Part shown: positions 1 through 10,210 of the stretch, piece by piece | Layout: each line of letters begins with the position of its first letter | Numbering within the stretch: the stretch's first letter is position 1 | DNA from: Candidatus Poribacteria bacterium | Lineage (GTDB): Bacteria > Poribacteria > WGA-4E > PCPOR2b | DNA length: 64,000 nucleotides | Reading direction: 5' to 3' | NCBI GenBank assembly: GCA_965215015.1 | Contig: OZ244042.1 | Coordinates: forward strand, 1,632,001-1,696,000 | Program-made: the position numbers and the translations under genes | Notes under the pieces: generated by a model | The model's input: only the letters and a program-made list of their open reading frames with translations | Told to the model about the DNA's origin: nothing | Database searches by the model: none

Positions 1-108
1 CGTGAGAGGCTACTGAATATTGCTCGTTCCCTCGAAAGCAAGCCATCAGTAATCGGTGCCAGTGCACATATTAGGGCGATTGCTCGTAAAACGAAACATA
101 CTCCCTAA
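1..108 (+). CDS. 3' end of a CDS, probably a class I SAM-dependent methyltransferase (partial)
   Basis: Frame 1 is open from the window edge: RERLLNIARSLESKPSVIGASAHIRAIARK..., TAA at 106-108; resembles the 'E.EPS.LG.S.H...ARK' tail of a methyltransferase family. Confidence 0.5.
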   Translation, partial: RERLLNIARSLESKPSVIGASAHIRAIARKTKHTP

Positions 109-171
109 GAGCAATAGACAACCCAACAATGGGAGAATAAAGATCAAGCACAGGACCAAAGGATAAACTGA

Positions 172-1227
172 ATGAAAACTTTAAGAACCTATAATATCGC
201 CAAGCAATTACCGAATATGGAGACAGATCGCCTTTATTTCAAGATCATTGAAATGGGTGATGTAGATTTTATTCATCAACTGTATTCCGACTGGCAGGTT
301 TCACAACATCTGGGGAAAGTGCCATTTCCTTTCGGATATGAGGACGCGATACAGGCGACTTCCCATTGTGTCTCGGAGGAGAATTCAGAAAATGTTATGA
401 CTTTACTAATTCAGAAAAAGGACGATCATCGAACTATCGGGATTATCACCTTTAGAAAAGACGGAGAACTGGGAATACTGGGCTATTCGATTCTCCCTAA
501 ATTCTGGAACAGGGGATTTGCAACCGAAGCCTGCAAGAGAATTGTTACTTTTGGATTTGAATATTTGGAATTGTCAACAATTCGGGCAAGTACCACGGAA
601 AATAATATAGCTTCGATCAAGGTCTTAGAGAAGCTAGGATTTTCCCTTAAAGAGAGGGGAATTAAAGAAAACTCCATCCATAGTGGAGAGCGGCTTGTCA
701 GAAGGTATCAAATTCAACGCCAGAGTAATAGACAAGGGATCCGGCTTGTAGCCCGGGCGGCGATTGTCCGAGATAGCGCAATTCTGCTTGTTGCGTTTGA
801 CGGCGAGAACGGTTTCCACTATAATCTACCCGGCGGCGGCGTTGAGCTGGGCGAAACACTGTACGACGCAGCACGACGTGAAGTCCGCGAGGAGACCGCT
901 GCTGAAGTTGAAGTGAAGGAACTGTTGTTTGTCTACGAATGTTTCCCGCCCGACTACGGCTTCGGGCTATATGAAAAACCACATTGTGTTGATTTCCTCT
1001 TCCGCTGTGCACTCTGCAAGGGAAATGAGCCACGCTTGCCTGATAATCCGGACGAAAACGAAGTCGCCGTTCACTGGATTCCACTATATGAACTTCCTAA
1101 CGTTCCTCTTGTACCACGAATTCAGCATCGGGTTATTGCTGCCCTACAAAGAGACAGCGACGATCCATTTTGTCTAAGCCCCGATATGACGGATGAAATC
1201 AAGAGTTTGAGGCGAAGCGTCCAATAA
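172..1227 (+). CDS. RimJ/RimL-type GNAT N-acetyltransferase fused to a NUDIX hydrolase
   Basis: ETDRL, LGYSILPKFWNRGFATEA and NIASIKVLEKLGF (GNAT); Nudix box GGGVELGETLYDAARREVREET. Confidence 0.9.
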   Translation: MKTLRTYNIAKQLPNMETDRLYFKIIEMGDVDFIHQLYSDWQVSQHLGKVPFPFGYEDAIQATSHCVSEENSENVMTLLIQKKDDHRTIGIITFRKDGELGILGYSILPKFWNRGFATEACKRIVTFGFEYLELSTIRASTTENNIASIKVLEKLGFSLKERGIKENSIHSGERLVRRYQIQRQSNRQGIRLVARAAIVRDSAILLVAFDGENGFHYNLPGGGVELGETLYDAARREVREETAAEVEVKELLFVYECFPPDYGFGLYEKPHCVDFLFRCALCKGNEPRLPDNPDENEVAVHWIPLYELPNVPLVPRIQHRVIAALQRDSDDPFCLSPDMTDEIKSLRRSVQ

Positions 1228-1328
1228 GGGAACGGGGCACAACAGTCTTAGAAGGCAAATTCCACAGCCATCGCGGCGACGATTCAAGATTTGAGGCGAG
1301 AGGAGCGCGGTGTAGAAAAGGAGTAGGC

Positions 1329-1787
1329 ATGACAGAGGAATCGTTACGAAAACCCTTCAAGTCAATGAGGGCGCGGGTGAAATTCTGATCCGCTGAACCG
1401 AACCGTCGGAGGATACCCCCCGCGGATTCCTTTACAATTGACATCAAACAGGATAAGCGTGGTGAATACTTTGAAATCCTTCAGGGCAAACCCACTCTGG
1501 AACTAGAGTCGCAGGTTAAGCCGAGGGAACGTCATCTCTTGCTTTATTCGAGGGATGGTCAATGCTTTCTCTGCGGTTACGACGAACGCTACTGGTTCAT
1601 GGCGGGGGCCGCTGTTCCGGTGAGTACCGTTCGTGCCGCGACAGCATCGTTGATACCGGCGGACATTCGAGGGCGGGTGGAGGGCCTTTCATCGAAAGAT
1701 GTTAATAAACGACGAAACGCTGCTTTCAAACGACAAGGTGAATGGTTTTCCCGGTTAAGGGCTTCGATTCGATCAATGTCACACTAG
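1329..1787 (+). pseudogene. N-terminal part of a conserved hypothetical gene (FLCGxDERxWF...RQGEWF family), disrupted
   Basis: AGGAG RBS and ATG 1329; in-frame TGA 1386-1388; frame continues into ORF 1539-1787; apparent frameshift after QGEWF. Confidence 0.7.
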
Positions 1788-1918
1788 CTTCGCATAACAC
1801 ACAGTTGCCGGTTCACACCCGGGGCATGTGAATCGCAGCTTTCCCCCAAAATCGGGGGCACTACAGGCTGCTGTACCCATAAAGCCAGCGTCTTGCTGAC
1901 ACTCAAGGAGACCCCACT

Positions 1919-2704
1919 GTGCATACTTTCATCCAACGGGGAACTCGAATACAGACAGAAGTCGGAACAGATGAACGCCCAGAAGTCGTTCGTTGGACAA
2001 CCTGGGACGGAGGACCACTCAAACAGTCCTATGCACTCATCTCTACCGAAGGTGCCGTCCTAGTTGATCCTGTCCGTCCCATTAGACCGGATAAAACTTC
2101 AGCATTGCCGCCTTCAATATTCAAACAGTATACGGGGGGCAAACATCTAGCTGTCATCTGTACAACTGCTCTCCATGAACGGAACATATACTGGTTCCGA
2201 GAAAACTATGGCATCCCAATCTACGTGCCCAAAAAAGTGGCATCTGCTTTTGAGGGTAAGCCAGATCAGCTATATGAAGATAGCGATGTTCTGCCTGCCG
2301 GTGTGCAGGCGTTGTGGATAGGAGCGCATCAAAAAGGAGAGATGGTGCTACACTGGCGCGCCCCAGGCGGTGCCCAAATATTGATCTGTGGTGATGCCAT
2401 ATATGGGCAATCTAGCCTCGGGGCCTTCGATGGTGCCCCTGAACCCTTCTGGCATCAGATAGGGGGTATCAGATTGTTTAGCGAAGGTCGTGTTGGAGAA
2501 TTGGAGATGCGAAGCCGATATGAATGTCTGCTGAATCTGGAGTTTGAGCGTATCTTAAACGGCCATAATCCGAAGTCCATTGATCAGCACCCTAAAGACG
2601 CCCTACAGAAGGTTTTGCGGGAAGGTGCCTACCAGCTACATCCAAGTGGTTTTTGTACTTACCTATGGCTTGATCTGTTTAAGGAGCGAGAAGGATTATC
2701 TTAA
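1919..2704 (+). CDS. Metallo-beta-lactamase-fold protein
   Basis: AVLVDP, TALHER, LICGDA and LNGH motifs; AAGGAG RBS before GTG. Confidence 0.65.
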   Translation: MHTFIQRGTRIQTEVGTDERPEVVRWTTWDGGPLKQSYALISTEGAVLVDPVRPIRPDKTSALPPSIFKQYTGGKHLAVICTTALHERNIYWFRENYGIPIYVPKKVASAFEGKPDQLYEDSDVLPAGVQALWIGAHQKGEMVLHWRAPGGAQILICGDAIYGQSSLGAFDGAPEPFWHQIGGIRLFSEGRVGELEMRSRYECLLNLEFERILNGHNPKSIDQHPKDALQKVLREGAYQLHPSGFCTYLWLDLFKEREGLS

Positions 2705-2927
2705 GGGGAAACGGTGTAATATCGAGTCACAGCTTGCAAACTTGGCAACTTAGACCTAAAAAAACAGTAGGTGAAAGGCGGCGAATGAGTCTACAATGAG
2801 AAATCCAGAGGTCTATACCCGCGGCTACGTCAGACACGATGACCACGCAACAGGCAAACTTGACAGCTGGCATCGCGTCTTTATCAATGCGGAATCTATA
2901 ACATCGGCGGTTTCGTTTTTCGACTAA
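2705..2927 (+). pseudogene. C-terminal remnant of the same hypothetical gene as 1329-1787
   Basis: GETV directly after the upstream stop, then 2796-2927 reads MRNPEVYTRGYVRHDDHATGKLDSWHRVFINAES...FFD*, matching the C-terminus I recall for this family. Confidence 0.65.
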
Positions 2928-2955
2928 AAAAGAAGGAAATCATACGGAGGCTTAA

Positions 2956-4287
2956 ATGTCCATAAAATCAATTCTTTCACAAATGCCTTTTGACTTGGGC
3001 GATAATCTAATCTTGCGGTTTGCACGATCCGACGACATTGATGCGCTCGCCGAATTTAACGCCCGCATCTTCGAGGATGAGGGCGTTGGCCACGGCATAC
3101 GGGGTTTGATGTCAGGTCGTCACCCAACGGTGAAAGCGAGTGATTTTACGGTGGTGGAAGATACTTGCAGGAACAAAATCGCCTCGTCTATGACCTTGAT
3201 TTCTCAGACGTGGGCATACCGCGGGATTCCGTTCAAGCTTGGGCGTCCCGAAGTGGTTGCCACGGAACCGGAATATCGCCGACGCGGATTGGTGCGAAAA
3301 CAGTTTGAGGTGATACACGCTCTGAGTGCTACAAGAGGTGAGCTGATGCAAGGCATCACCGGCATCCCGTGGTATTATCGCCAATTCGGGTATGAGATGG
3401 CAATGGATGTGGACGGTGCGAGAGGTGTGGATGGCATTCATCTGCCTAAGTTGAAAGATGGGGCCTCCGAAACGTATCGTTTGCGGCCGGCAGTGAATAA
3501 CGATCACGCTTTCATTCGGGAGGTGTATGACCACGCCAGTTGTCGTCAGCCCTTCGCGGCTCTCCGGTCGGAGGCGGAATGGAATTATGAGTTCAACGGA
3601 CGCTCGGAAAAGGATTTTGCCCACCGGAAATGGCTAATCATTGAAACTGTGATAGGTGAACGGTTAGGCTATGTACAATACTATCCATGGATAGAGGACA
3701 ACGCGCTATTCATCATTCAGATGGAGATCATGCCGGGCGTGGGTTATCTTAACCTGATGCCGAGTGTGTTGCGCGGACTATGGAAGATTGCACAAACAAC
3801 GCCTTTATCGGAAAATCGTCAAAACCAAGAATTAAAAACTCTCATGCTTGAGCTTGGACGCGCACATCCAGCCTACCACGCCTTGTTAGGCAAGAAAATC
3901 CACCTACATGAGCCGTATGGATTGTATATCCGTGTGCCGAATCTGGTCGCCTTTTTGCGGCATATTCAGCCTGCTTTAGAAAAAAATCTCGTCGGGACCG
4001 TCGCAGAAGGTTATAACGGCGAGTTGAAAGTGAACCGCTACCGAAGCGGCGTACAACTGAAATTTAACGGCGGAAAGATAACAGACATCTCCAACTGTTC
4101 GCCAGATTCGGTTGAGTTTGGCGACGCACAGTTTCCAGATTTGACCTTTTTACAACTTCTCTGTGGGCGCCGCCGGTTCAGCGAATTGAAAGCTAATTTT
4201 GTTGACTGTGGCGGACGAGACGAAGCGGGTGTCCTGCTCAATTGTCTCTTTCCGCCATTCACCGGAAATGTTTGGTATTTGTCATGA
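2956..4287 (+). CDS. GNAT family N-acetyltransferase (Eis-like length)
   Basis: VVATEPEYRRRGLVR acetyl-CoA motif, YYRQFGYE; GGAGG RBS. Confidence 0.85.
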   Translation: MSIKSILSQMPFDLGDNLILRFARSDDIDALAEFNARIFEDEGVGHGIRGLMSGRHPTVKASDFTVVEDTCRNKIASSMTLISQTWAYRGIPFKLGRPEVVATEPEYRRRGLVRKQFEVIHALSATRGELMQGITGIPWYYRQFGYEMAMDVDGARGVDGIHLPKLKDGASETYRLRPAVNNDHAFIREVYDHASCRQPFAALRSEAEWNYEFNGRSEKDFAHRKWLIIETVIGERLGYVQYYPWIEDNALFIIQMEIMPGVGYLNLMPSVLRGLWKIAQTTPLSENRQNQELKTLMLELGRAHPAYHALLGKKIHLHEPYGLYIRVPNLVAFLRHIQPALEKNLVGTVAEGYNGELKVNRYRSGVQLKFNGGKITDISNCSPDSVEFGDAQFPDLTFLQLLCGRRRFSELKANFVDCGGRDEAGVLLNCLFPPFTGNVWYLS

Positions 4288-5060
4288 GGGGGTACCTTAG
4301 GTTGGGAAAAAAGAGAAAAAATCGGAAGCAAAAAGATTTCTATCAGCGGCGATTTGAAGATAAAGACTTCGCTTGGTTGGCGGAACAGTTTGATAAACAG
4401 GTTGTACAAAACCCGAATCTGACGCTGGAGGAATTTGCGGTTCGCCACGGCGTTGAGCCCAAATGGATTCGCAGTTTTCTCAATAAATCTAAGAAACCTA
4501 TCACTGTCTGGCACGGCACAACGGTCGATCGGGCAAAAATGATTATGGAGGAAGGATTCAAGGCAGGAAAGGCGAAAAAAATCTGGTTTACTCGCAAATT
4601 GAACGAAGCCCGTGGGATTGCAAGCCGCCGATCGCAAAGCCGCGGCGATGCGCCGGCAATTTTCCATTGCCAGATTAATATCGGCAAATATACCGAATTT
4701 GACAAGCCGTGCCCTCATCATTACGCCTTCAGACATTCCTATATTGACAAGGCGGTTATCTCCAGTGTATCCGGTTTGGAGGTGGGTAGGAAAGGCAAAA
4801 AATTTCCACGCGAGAAGGAAGACAAAGCGGAATTAGTTGATATCATCATTACTAAAACCTCCGGCAAATATGGCGTGCTGTTGTGGATAAACACCTACCT
4901 AGAGCAAGCAGGTCAAACGCCCGTGAATGAGGAGCACCCGGCAATTGAGGAGATTCATCGGTGGGTGGAGGCGCAATACGCTGCAGGCCGGGAAGAAGCA
5001 ATCTCTGAAGATGAGATGTTGGTGCAAGTGAGGACACACTTTAATAACCAATGGTGCTAG
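4284..5060 (+). CDS. Hypothetical protein with HTH-like segment and Tpt1/KptA-like ADP-ribosyltransferase-fold domain
   Basis: ATGA overlap with upstream stop (alternative TTG at 4302); VWHGTT...IMEEGFKA...IWFT pattern. Confidence 0.6.
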   Translation: MRGYLRLGKKRKNRKQKDFYQRRFEDKDFAWLAEQFDKQVVQNPNLTLEEFAVRHGVEPKWIRSFLNKSKKPITVWHGTTVDRAKMIMEEGFKAGKAKKIWFTRKLNEARGIASRRSQSRGDAPAIFHCQINIGKYTEFDKPCPHHYAFRHSYIDKAVISSVSGLEVGRKGKKFPREKEDKAELVDIIITKTSGKYGVLLWINTYLEQAGQTPVNEEHPAIEEIHRWVEAQYAAGREEAISEDEMLVQVRTHFNNQWC

Positions 5061-5420
5061 TTTGCAACTGTTAATAGACTCTCTGATCAAAGACCGAGCA
5101 TGAAACGTGAAAACAATTGGTTCATGAATTAGGAGTTACGTACTTGAGTTTTTGGGATGAACTGTCGCGGTCCGATTCATCAGCGAGGATACCAGGGCTA
5201 TAGCACAAGAGTCACGGTTCAATCGTCCATGAACATTGCCCGCCCTTTTCTGGTGTTGGCTTCGAGGGGGCAATTGCGTAAGTACTAAATGTACGGATGA
5301 ACTCTTCTTTAATAAACCCATGAGCTGTTAAACGATGTGGAAATGACAACCTCACCAACTCGCACCAAAGGTTAATAGAAATTATAAATTTGGGCACAAA
5401 TGAGGTAGGAAACGAAGACT

Positions 5421-7487
5421 GTGGAAAAAACTAAATGGCTGCGGTGGTCGCGCATAATAATTTGGGTGTTGATAATGCTGCTGACTATACCACTTTTCGC
5501 AGAAACGCAAAATTCGACGCGCACCATCAATGCCACATGGGTGGATACGCCCCCGGTCATTGATGGGAAACTTACCGACAGTGTCTGGCAACACGCCCAA
5601 GTTGCGACCAATTTCTTCCGGGCAAAGGAGGGAGACATTCAGCTTGCACAACTAAACACTGAAGCAAAGGTTTTGTACGATGAGAATACCCTCTATATCG
5701 GCGTGCATTGCGAGGAACCGGACATGAAAAGTCTACGCGAAACGAAAACGCGCCGGGACTCCCCTGTCTGGCAGAATGACTGTATCGAAGTGATGCTTGA
5801 TACCCATCTAGACCGTCGAAACTGCTATATTTTTGCTGTCAATACACTCGGCACACAGACAGATGAGCGGGTCAGCAACGAGAGCGTTTTCGACATGAGT
5901 TGGGATGCAAAATGGGAAGTAAAAATAAACAAACACCAGAATGGCTGGACCGCAGAATTTGCGATTCCGTTTCGTGTGCTCCGTTTTAATCGGCGGGCCA
6001 CCACGTGGGGGATCAACTTTTGGCGAGTGCGTCCGATAAACGGTCAATCCTATTCTTGGGCACACACCGCTTTTTTCTCACGCGTGTCGGAGTTTGGCGA
6101 TTTGACCGGCTTGAATTTGGGAAGGATTAAAACGGAGCAGAAACTCGGTATTCTCCCCTACGGTAGCTATCGTGCAATAGAAAATCGCCCCAATGACTTT
6201 GATGGTGGATTAGACCTCATCCTCCCAATTTCGACGAACCTCACCTCGAATGTAACTTTTAATCCTGATTTTTCACAATTGGAAAGTGATCCGACGCAAA
6301 TTAACATCTCAAGTGATCGGGAGTTGTCGCTTCCTGAACGCCGTCCATTCTTCCGGGAGGGTGCCGAATTGTTTGAACTGCCGCTCAATCTATTCTATAC
6401 CCGTCGCGTTCAAGAAATTGATTTTGGTGCAAAAACGACGGGCACCATCGGCGGCACTAATTTCTCGGTTATCAATACGTATGGCAAAATGATCGATCGG
6501 TATGATGCCGGTCAGAAAAAGCAAGCGAATCTTTTAGCAGGGCGGGTGAACTACAATATCGGTGAGCGGACTGTCATTGGTGCAATGGGCACGCACAAAC
6601 ACCAAGTTGACCGCAATATAGGGCTCCTATCGCTCAATGGTCGATTTGGAATTCATCGAAATTGGACCGCAACATCGCAGTATGCTGTTGACTTCATTGA
6701 TGGCGAAACGCATTGGGCGTATCATACGGCGATGGAATGGCTTCATAAAGGGTGGCTCGCCAACATGCGGCTTGAAGAGATACAGGACGGCTTTCGGCCA
6801 AATGAGATGGGGCTTGAAGAGGAGGCGTTCCGTCGGGGACGTGCCCGGATAAGGTACAACTATGAGTTTCCGGAGGAGAATTTGGTACAGTTATTTCAGA
6901 TTGATACGCACCATTTCTATCAAACCAATGCACAAAGATTGCTACGGGAACGGCGAAGTGAGTTCCGCTTCAACATTGACATTGGTCAGTTTGACCTCTT
7001 CACCTTTGGTGGATTTGGCGTGCTCCGCGAAGGCGGTCAACTTTTTGATACTAAATTTATCGGCTCAGAGATTGATTATGAAGCACCGTGGTGGCACTTG
7101 GCTGTTGGAAATCGTTTTGGTACCCGTCGAGATGAGTTCAACCGATTTACTAACTTCTCTGCGGGTGTCAACCTCTTCGGCAAACTGACCGCTGACCTAG
7201 ACCTTGATAATTTCTTTTGGCGCAGGTATCGAAATACACTGATTTTCCGGCTCCGCAGTAACTATCAATTGACCCCAAAGATTGGTTGGCTCATTTTTGT
7301 TGAACGCGTTGATGAACGGCTACAAAATGAGATTAGCTACAATTTCAACGTAATCTTCGATTACGAGTTCACCCCAGAGAGCCACTTCTTCTTTGCGTTT
7401 GTTGATAGCTTTCCGGGGAAGCGGGCCGTGTTTATGAAACTCGCGTATCTTTTTGAATCCGGTTTCCCAGGTTTCCGTCAATTTTGA
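5421..7487 (+). CDS. Secreted CBM9-like domain plus DUF5916 (beta-barrel-like) protein
   Basis: Signal peptide; PPVIDGKLTDSVW, WTAEFAIPF, NPDFSQLESD, ERRPFFREG. Confidence 0.85.
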   Translation: MEKTKWLRWSRIIIWVLIMLLTIPLFAETQNSTRTINATWVDTPPVIDGKLTDSVWQHAQVATNFFRAKEGDIQLAQLNTEAKVLYDENTLYIGVHCEEPDMKSLRETKTRRDSPVWQNDCIEVMLDTHLDRRNCYIFAVNTLGTQTDERVSNESVFDMSWDAKWEVKINKHQNGWTAEFAIPFRVLRFNRRATTWGINFWRVRPINGQSYSWAHTAFFSRVSEFGDLTGLNLGRIKTEQKLGILPYGSYRAIENRPNDFDGGLDLILPISTNLTSNVTFNPDFSQLESDPTQINISSDRELSLPERRPFFREGAELFELPLNLFYTRRVQEIDFGAKTTGTIGGTNFSVINTYGKMIDRYDAGQKKQANLLAGRVNYNIGERTVIGAMGTHKHQVDRNIGLLSLNGRFGIHRNWTATSQYAVDFIDGETHWAYHTAMEWLHKGWLANMRLEEIQDGFRPNEMGLEEEAFRRGRARIRYNYEFPEENLVQLFQIDTHHFYQTNAQRLLRERRSEFRFNIDIGQFDLFTFGGFGVLREGGQLFDTKFIGSEIDYEAPWWHLAVGNRFGTRRDEFNRFTNFSAGVNLFGKLTADLDLDNFFWRRYRNTLIFRLRSNYQLTPKIGWLIFVERVDERLQNEISYNFNVIFDYEFTPESHFFFAFVDSFPGKRAVFMKLAYLFESGFPGFRQF

Positions 7488-7646
7488 TGAGGGGGTGTTC
7501 ATAAATCAAAGGCACCTCATTTTTGATTTGACGGGCTTATCAACTCAATTTCTGAAGAGGAGATGTTGGCACCAGTGAGGATGCACCTTAAATGACTATC
7601 ATCTACAAATTGAACCGTGATGATTTTCAAGAGAATGGGAAGGCAG

Positions 7647-8450
7647 ATGGAAAGGATAGAACCGAATTTAACGAAAGCAGAACATCTTGAAATGTCCCGC
7701 AAGGCATGGGACGCGTACCACCCACATTATACATCCTTTAAGCTAAAGAAGCGTCCAGACTTCTATCAGTTTTTTGCGGATGGAGGTGTTGAATTGAATG
7801 ATGTGGAGATTGAACTGGCTGGTGATGTCAACGGGAAAAAACTGTTGGACATCTGTTGTGCCGGGGACGCCACACAAGCCTTTTCGTGGGAAAATCTAGG
7901 TGCCGAGGTTGTTGCTTGCGATTTTAGTCCTGTAGCGATTGAACTGGCAAAACGCAACGCCGAGAAAATTGGCTCCCGTATCGAATTCAAGGTCGCCGAC
8001 GCCCAAATCTTGACACCGATAGCGGACAATCAGTTTGACATCGTTTATGCGACCTATACCTGCTGGCTGGAGGACCTTGATCAGGCAGCACGGGCATGGC
8101 ATCGTGTCTTGAAACCCAGCGGACGTTTGCTGCTGTTCACCAATTACCCGGTAGTAGAATGCTTAAAAGAAACTGACTCCGCGCTTACAGTCATACGCGA
8201 CTATTTTGACGACTCGCCAGCATACTATAATTTTACAGGGACGCCAATCGTCGATGAATATGGCGGTTGGGATGGGAATCTGCCAATCGTCGAATTTGTC
8301 CACCCGCTTGCTGACGTGGTCAACGCTGTTGCAGGGGCGGGTTTGTGGATTAAAAGGGTGCTGGAGACGCGAATGCCGAATGAGCAATCTCCATTGCTAT
8401 CTCAACTGCCCAAATATATGGCTTGGGTGGCAGAAAAGCAAGATTCTTGA
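7647..8450 (+). CDS. Class I SAM-dependent methyltransferase
   Basis: LLDICCAGD motif I variant, FDIVYA, RVLKPSGRL. Confidence 0.85.
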   Translation: MERIEPNLTKAEHLEMSRKAWDAYHPHYTSFKLKKRPDFYQFFADGGVELNDVEIELAGDVNGKKLLDICCAGDATQAFSWENLGAEVVACDFSPVAIELAKRNAEKIGSRIEFKVADAQILTPIADNQFDIVYATYTCWLEDLDQAARAWHRVLKPSGRLLLFTNYPVVECLKETDSALTVIRDYFDDSPAYYNFTGTPIVDEYGGWDGNLPIVEFVHPLADVVNAVAGAGLWIKRVLETRMPNEQSPLLSQLPKYMAWVAEKQDS

Positions 8451-8849
8451 TTCTTGAAAACGGTTCAGAACCTTTTCAAGGTTTGAAAAATAGGAACCTC
8501 CGAATCAAATCCGACCCCACGTTGATGGAGAAAATTATGACAACCGTTCGTACTTTCGGGCGATACCCCACTTTGGGAGAAATAAGGAACTATTACAATC
8601 GAGAGGATGTACTTTTGGCTATCTCATCAGCCGGGGGCTTTTTGCCATGTTCTTGGAAGAGGGACAGGCTTCTCTTCCAAAATACGAAGAATTCCTGCGT
8701 CTCACAGGGCGTGATACCTGCGAAAACGTCGCCCGTCGCAGCATTGGTCGTGACCTCAAACTCCTGATTTCTGGGTTGAAGCTATTAGAAGCGTGGAAGA
8801 ACCGTTGAACCGTCTGGAAGCGTTATTGCCCAAGGTGCTGCCAAAAAGA

Positions 8850-8906
8850 ATAATGCGTGACGAGTAATGCGTAAGCGAATCGTTAATATTACGCATCACG
8901 CATTAT
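8850..8906. repeat. Intergenic inverted repeat built from TAATGCG-like heptamers
   Basis: ATAATGCGTGA (8850-8860) / TCACGCATTAT (8896-8906); inner ATGCGTAA / TTACGCAT. Confidence 0.7.
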
Positions 8907-8939
8907 GTCTCCAGCATAACTACAATCTAGAGTGCCTAA

Positions 8940-10127
8940 ATGCGAATGTCTGAATTAAGCGAAAAAGATCATTCCGAAACGATAGCAATTGCAGAGAATG
9001 TACTCTGTAAAGCATTCAAGAGTGATGTGCAGCTTAAAATGGAAACAGAATTTGATACAGATCGAGCAACAGTCCTTCGCTGCTATGTCGTCAAAGGGCC
9101 AACCGGCGTTCCGCAGAGCGTTGTCGTCAAAAAGGTGCTGACCGCTGATGGAACGGAATTTCATCCGAATTCACCGGACGAAATGGTTCCCAGATTCTTC
9201 AACGACTGGGCGGGGCTTGAATTTTTGAGCGAAATTTCAAATGAAGATTCGCCGGCGGCACAATTTTATGGCGGCGATCGGGTAACGGGGCTTATGGTCA
9301 TTGAGGATTTAGGAGACGGGCGGAATTTTTACGGGAGCCTGCGTGGGGAATCTGCTACGGCTGCAAGGATGGAATTAATCAAACTAGCGAGAGCATTAGG
9401 AAAAATGCACGCCCTGACGATTCGCAAAAAGGCGGTGTACGATAGCATCCGTGACCGACTCGGCCCCAGAGAGGAGCCCCCTTCCATGACCGGCGAATGG
9501 CGGCGACTTGTGGGGAAATTTGATGAAGTCTGTAGGAGGGTTGGGGTGAAGCCCCCTCGTGGGATAAAAACAGAGATGAAAAGGGTCGCTGCGTTCATTG
9601 CTACCCCAGGACCATTCCAAGCTTATACACACGGTGATCCGATTCCGATGAATGCGCTTCCCGTCGGGACCGAAAGGAAACTCTTCGACTTCGAGTTTGG
9701 CGATTTTCGACATGCGCTCAGGGATGGGATTTATGGCCGTGTCTGCTTCCCGACGTGGTACCATATTAACCGTGTACCAGAGAAGGTGGTTCAAGAAATG
9801 GAAATCGCGTATCGTGCCGAACTTGCGAAGGGGTGCCCCGAAGCAACGGACGATACGCTTTTTTTTCGATCCGTTGTCGAAGCATGTGCCTACTGGGCAA
9901 TTCACTCCAGACTCAATTTTATAGAAAAGGTATGGAAAGAAGATCATAAATGGGGAATCTCGACGCAGCGTCAGATTCTCCTGCTATGTTTTGACATATT
10001 TGGGCAAGTGTCGGAGGAGTTCGGACATCTGGAAACCCTCGGCGCAACCATCCGCGATATGGCTACCAAATTGCGTGAACGCTGGGTGGATTTGGAGGAG
10101 ATGCCGTACTATCCGGCTTTCCGCTAA
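8940..10127 (+). CDS. APH/choline-kinase-like phosphotransferase
   Basis: VVVKK, MVIEDLG, THGDPIPMN (Brenner motif), LFDFEFG. Confidence 0.8.
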   Translation: MRMSELSEKDHSETIAIAENVLCKAFKSDVQLKMETEFDTDRATVLRCYVVKGPTGVPQSVVVKKVLTADGTEFHPNSPDEMVPRFFNDWAGLEFLSEISNEDSPAAQFYGGDRVTGLMVIEDLGDGRNFYGSLRGESATAARMELIKLARALGKMHALTIRKKAVYDSIRDRLGPREEPPSMTGEWRRLVGKFDEVCRRVGVKPPRGIKTEMKRVAAFIATPGPFQAYTHGDPIPMNALPVGTERKLFDFEFGDFRHALRDGIYGRVCFPTWYHINRVPEKVVQEMEIAYRAELAKGCPEATDDTLFFRSVVEACAYWAIHSRLNFIEKVWKEDHKWGISTQRQILLLCFDIFGQVSEEFGHLETLGATIRDMATKLRERWVDLEEMPYYPAFR

Positions 10128-10210
10128 CACAACGAACATAAAGAGCAGCGAGTTTTACCGCATAATGTTTTACGCACTACGCATTATCAAATTAAAAGGA
10201 GGATTCAAAA

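Noticed and set aside
1386-1427. In-frame TGA followed by a possible stem (ATCCGC/GCGGAT) as a second Sec site
   Set aside because: The gene is also frameshifted and interrupted, there is no Cys-type context, and no second copy supports it; a nonsense mutation is simpler.
1791-1841. GCATAAC plus bulged hairpin as an integron attC site
   Set aside because: There is no matching GTTRRRY end, no further attC-like sites and no integrase.
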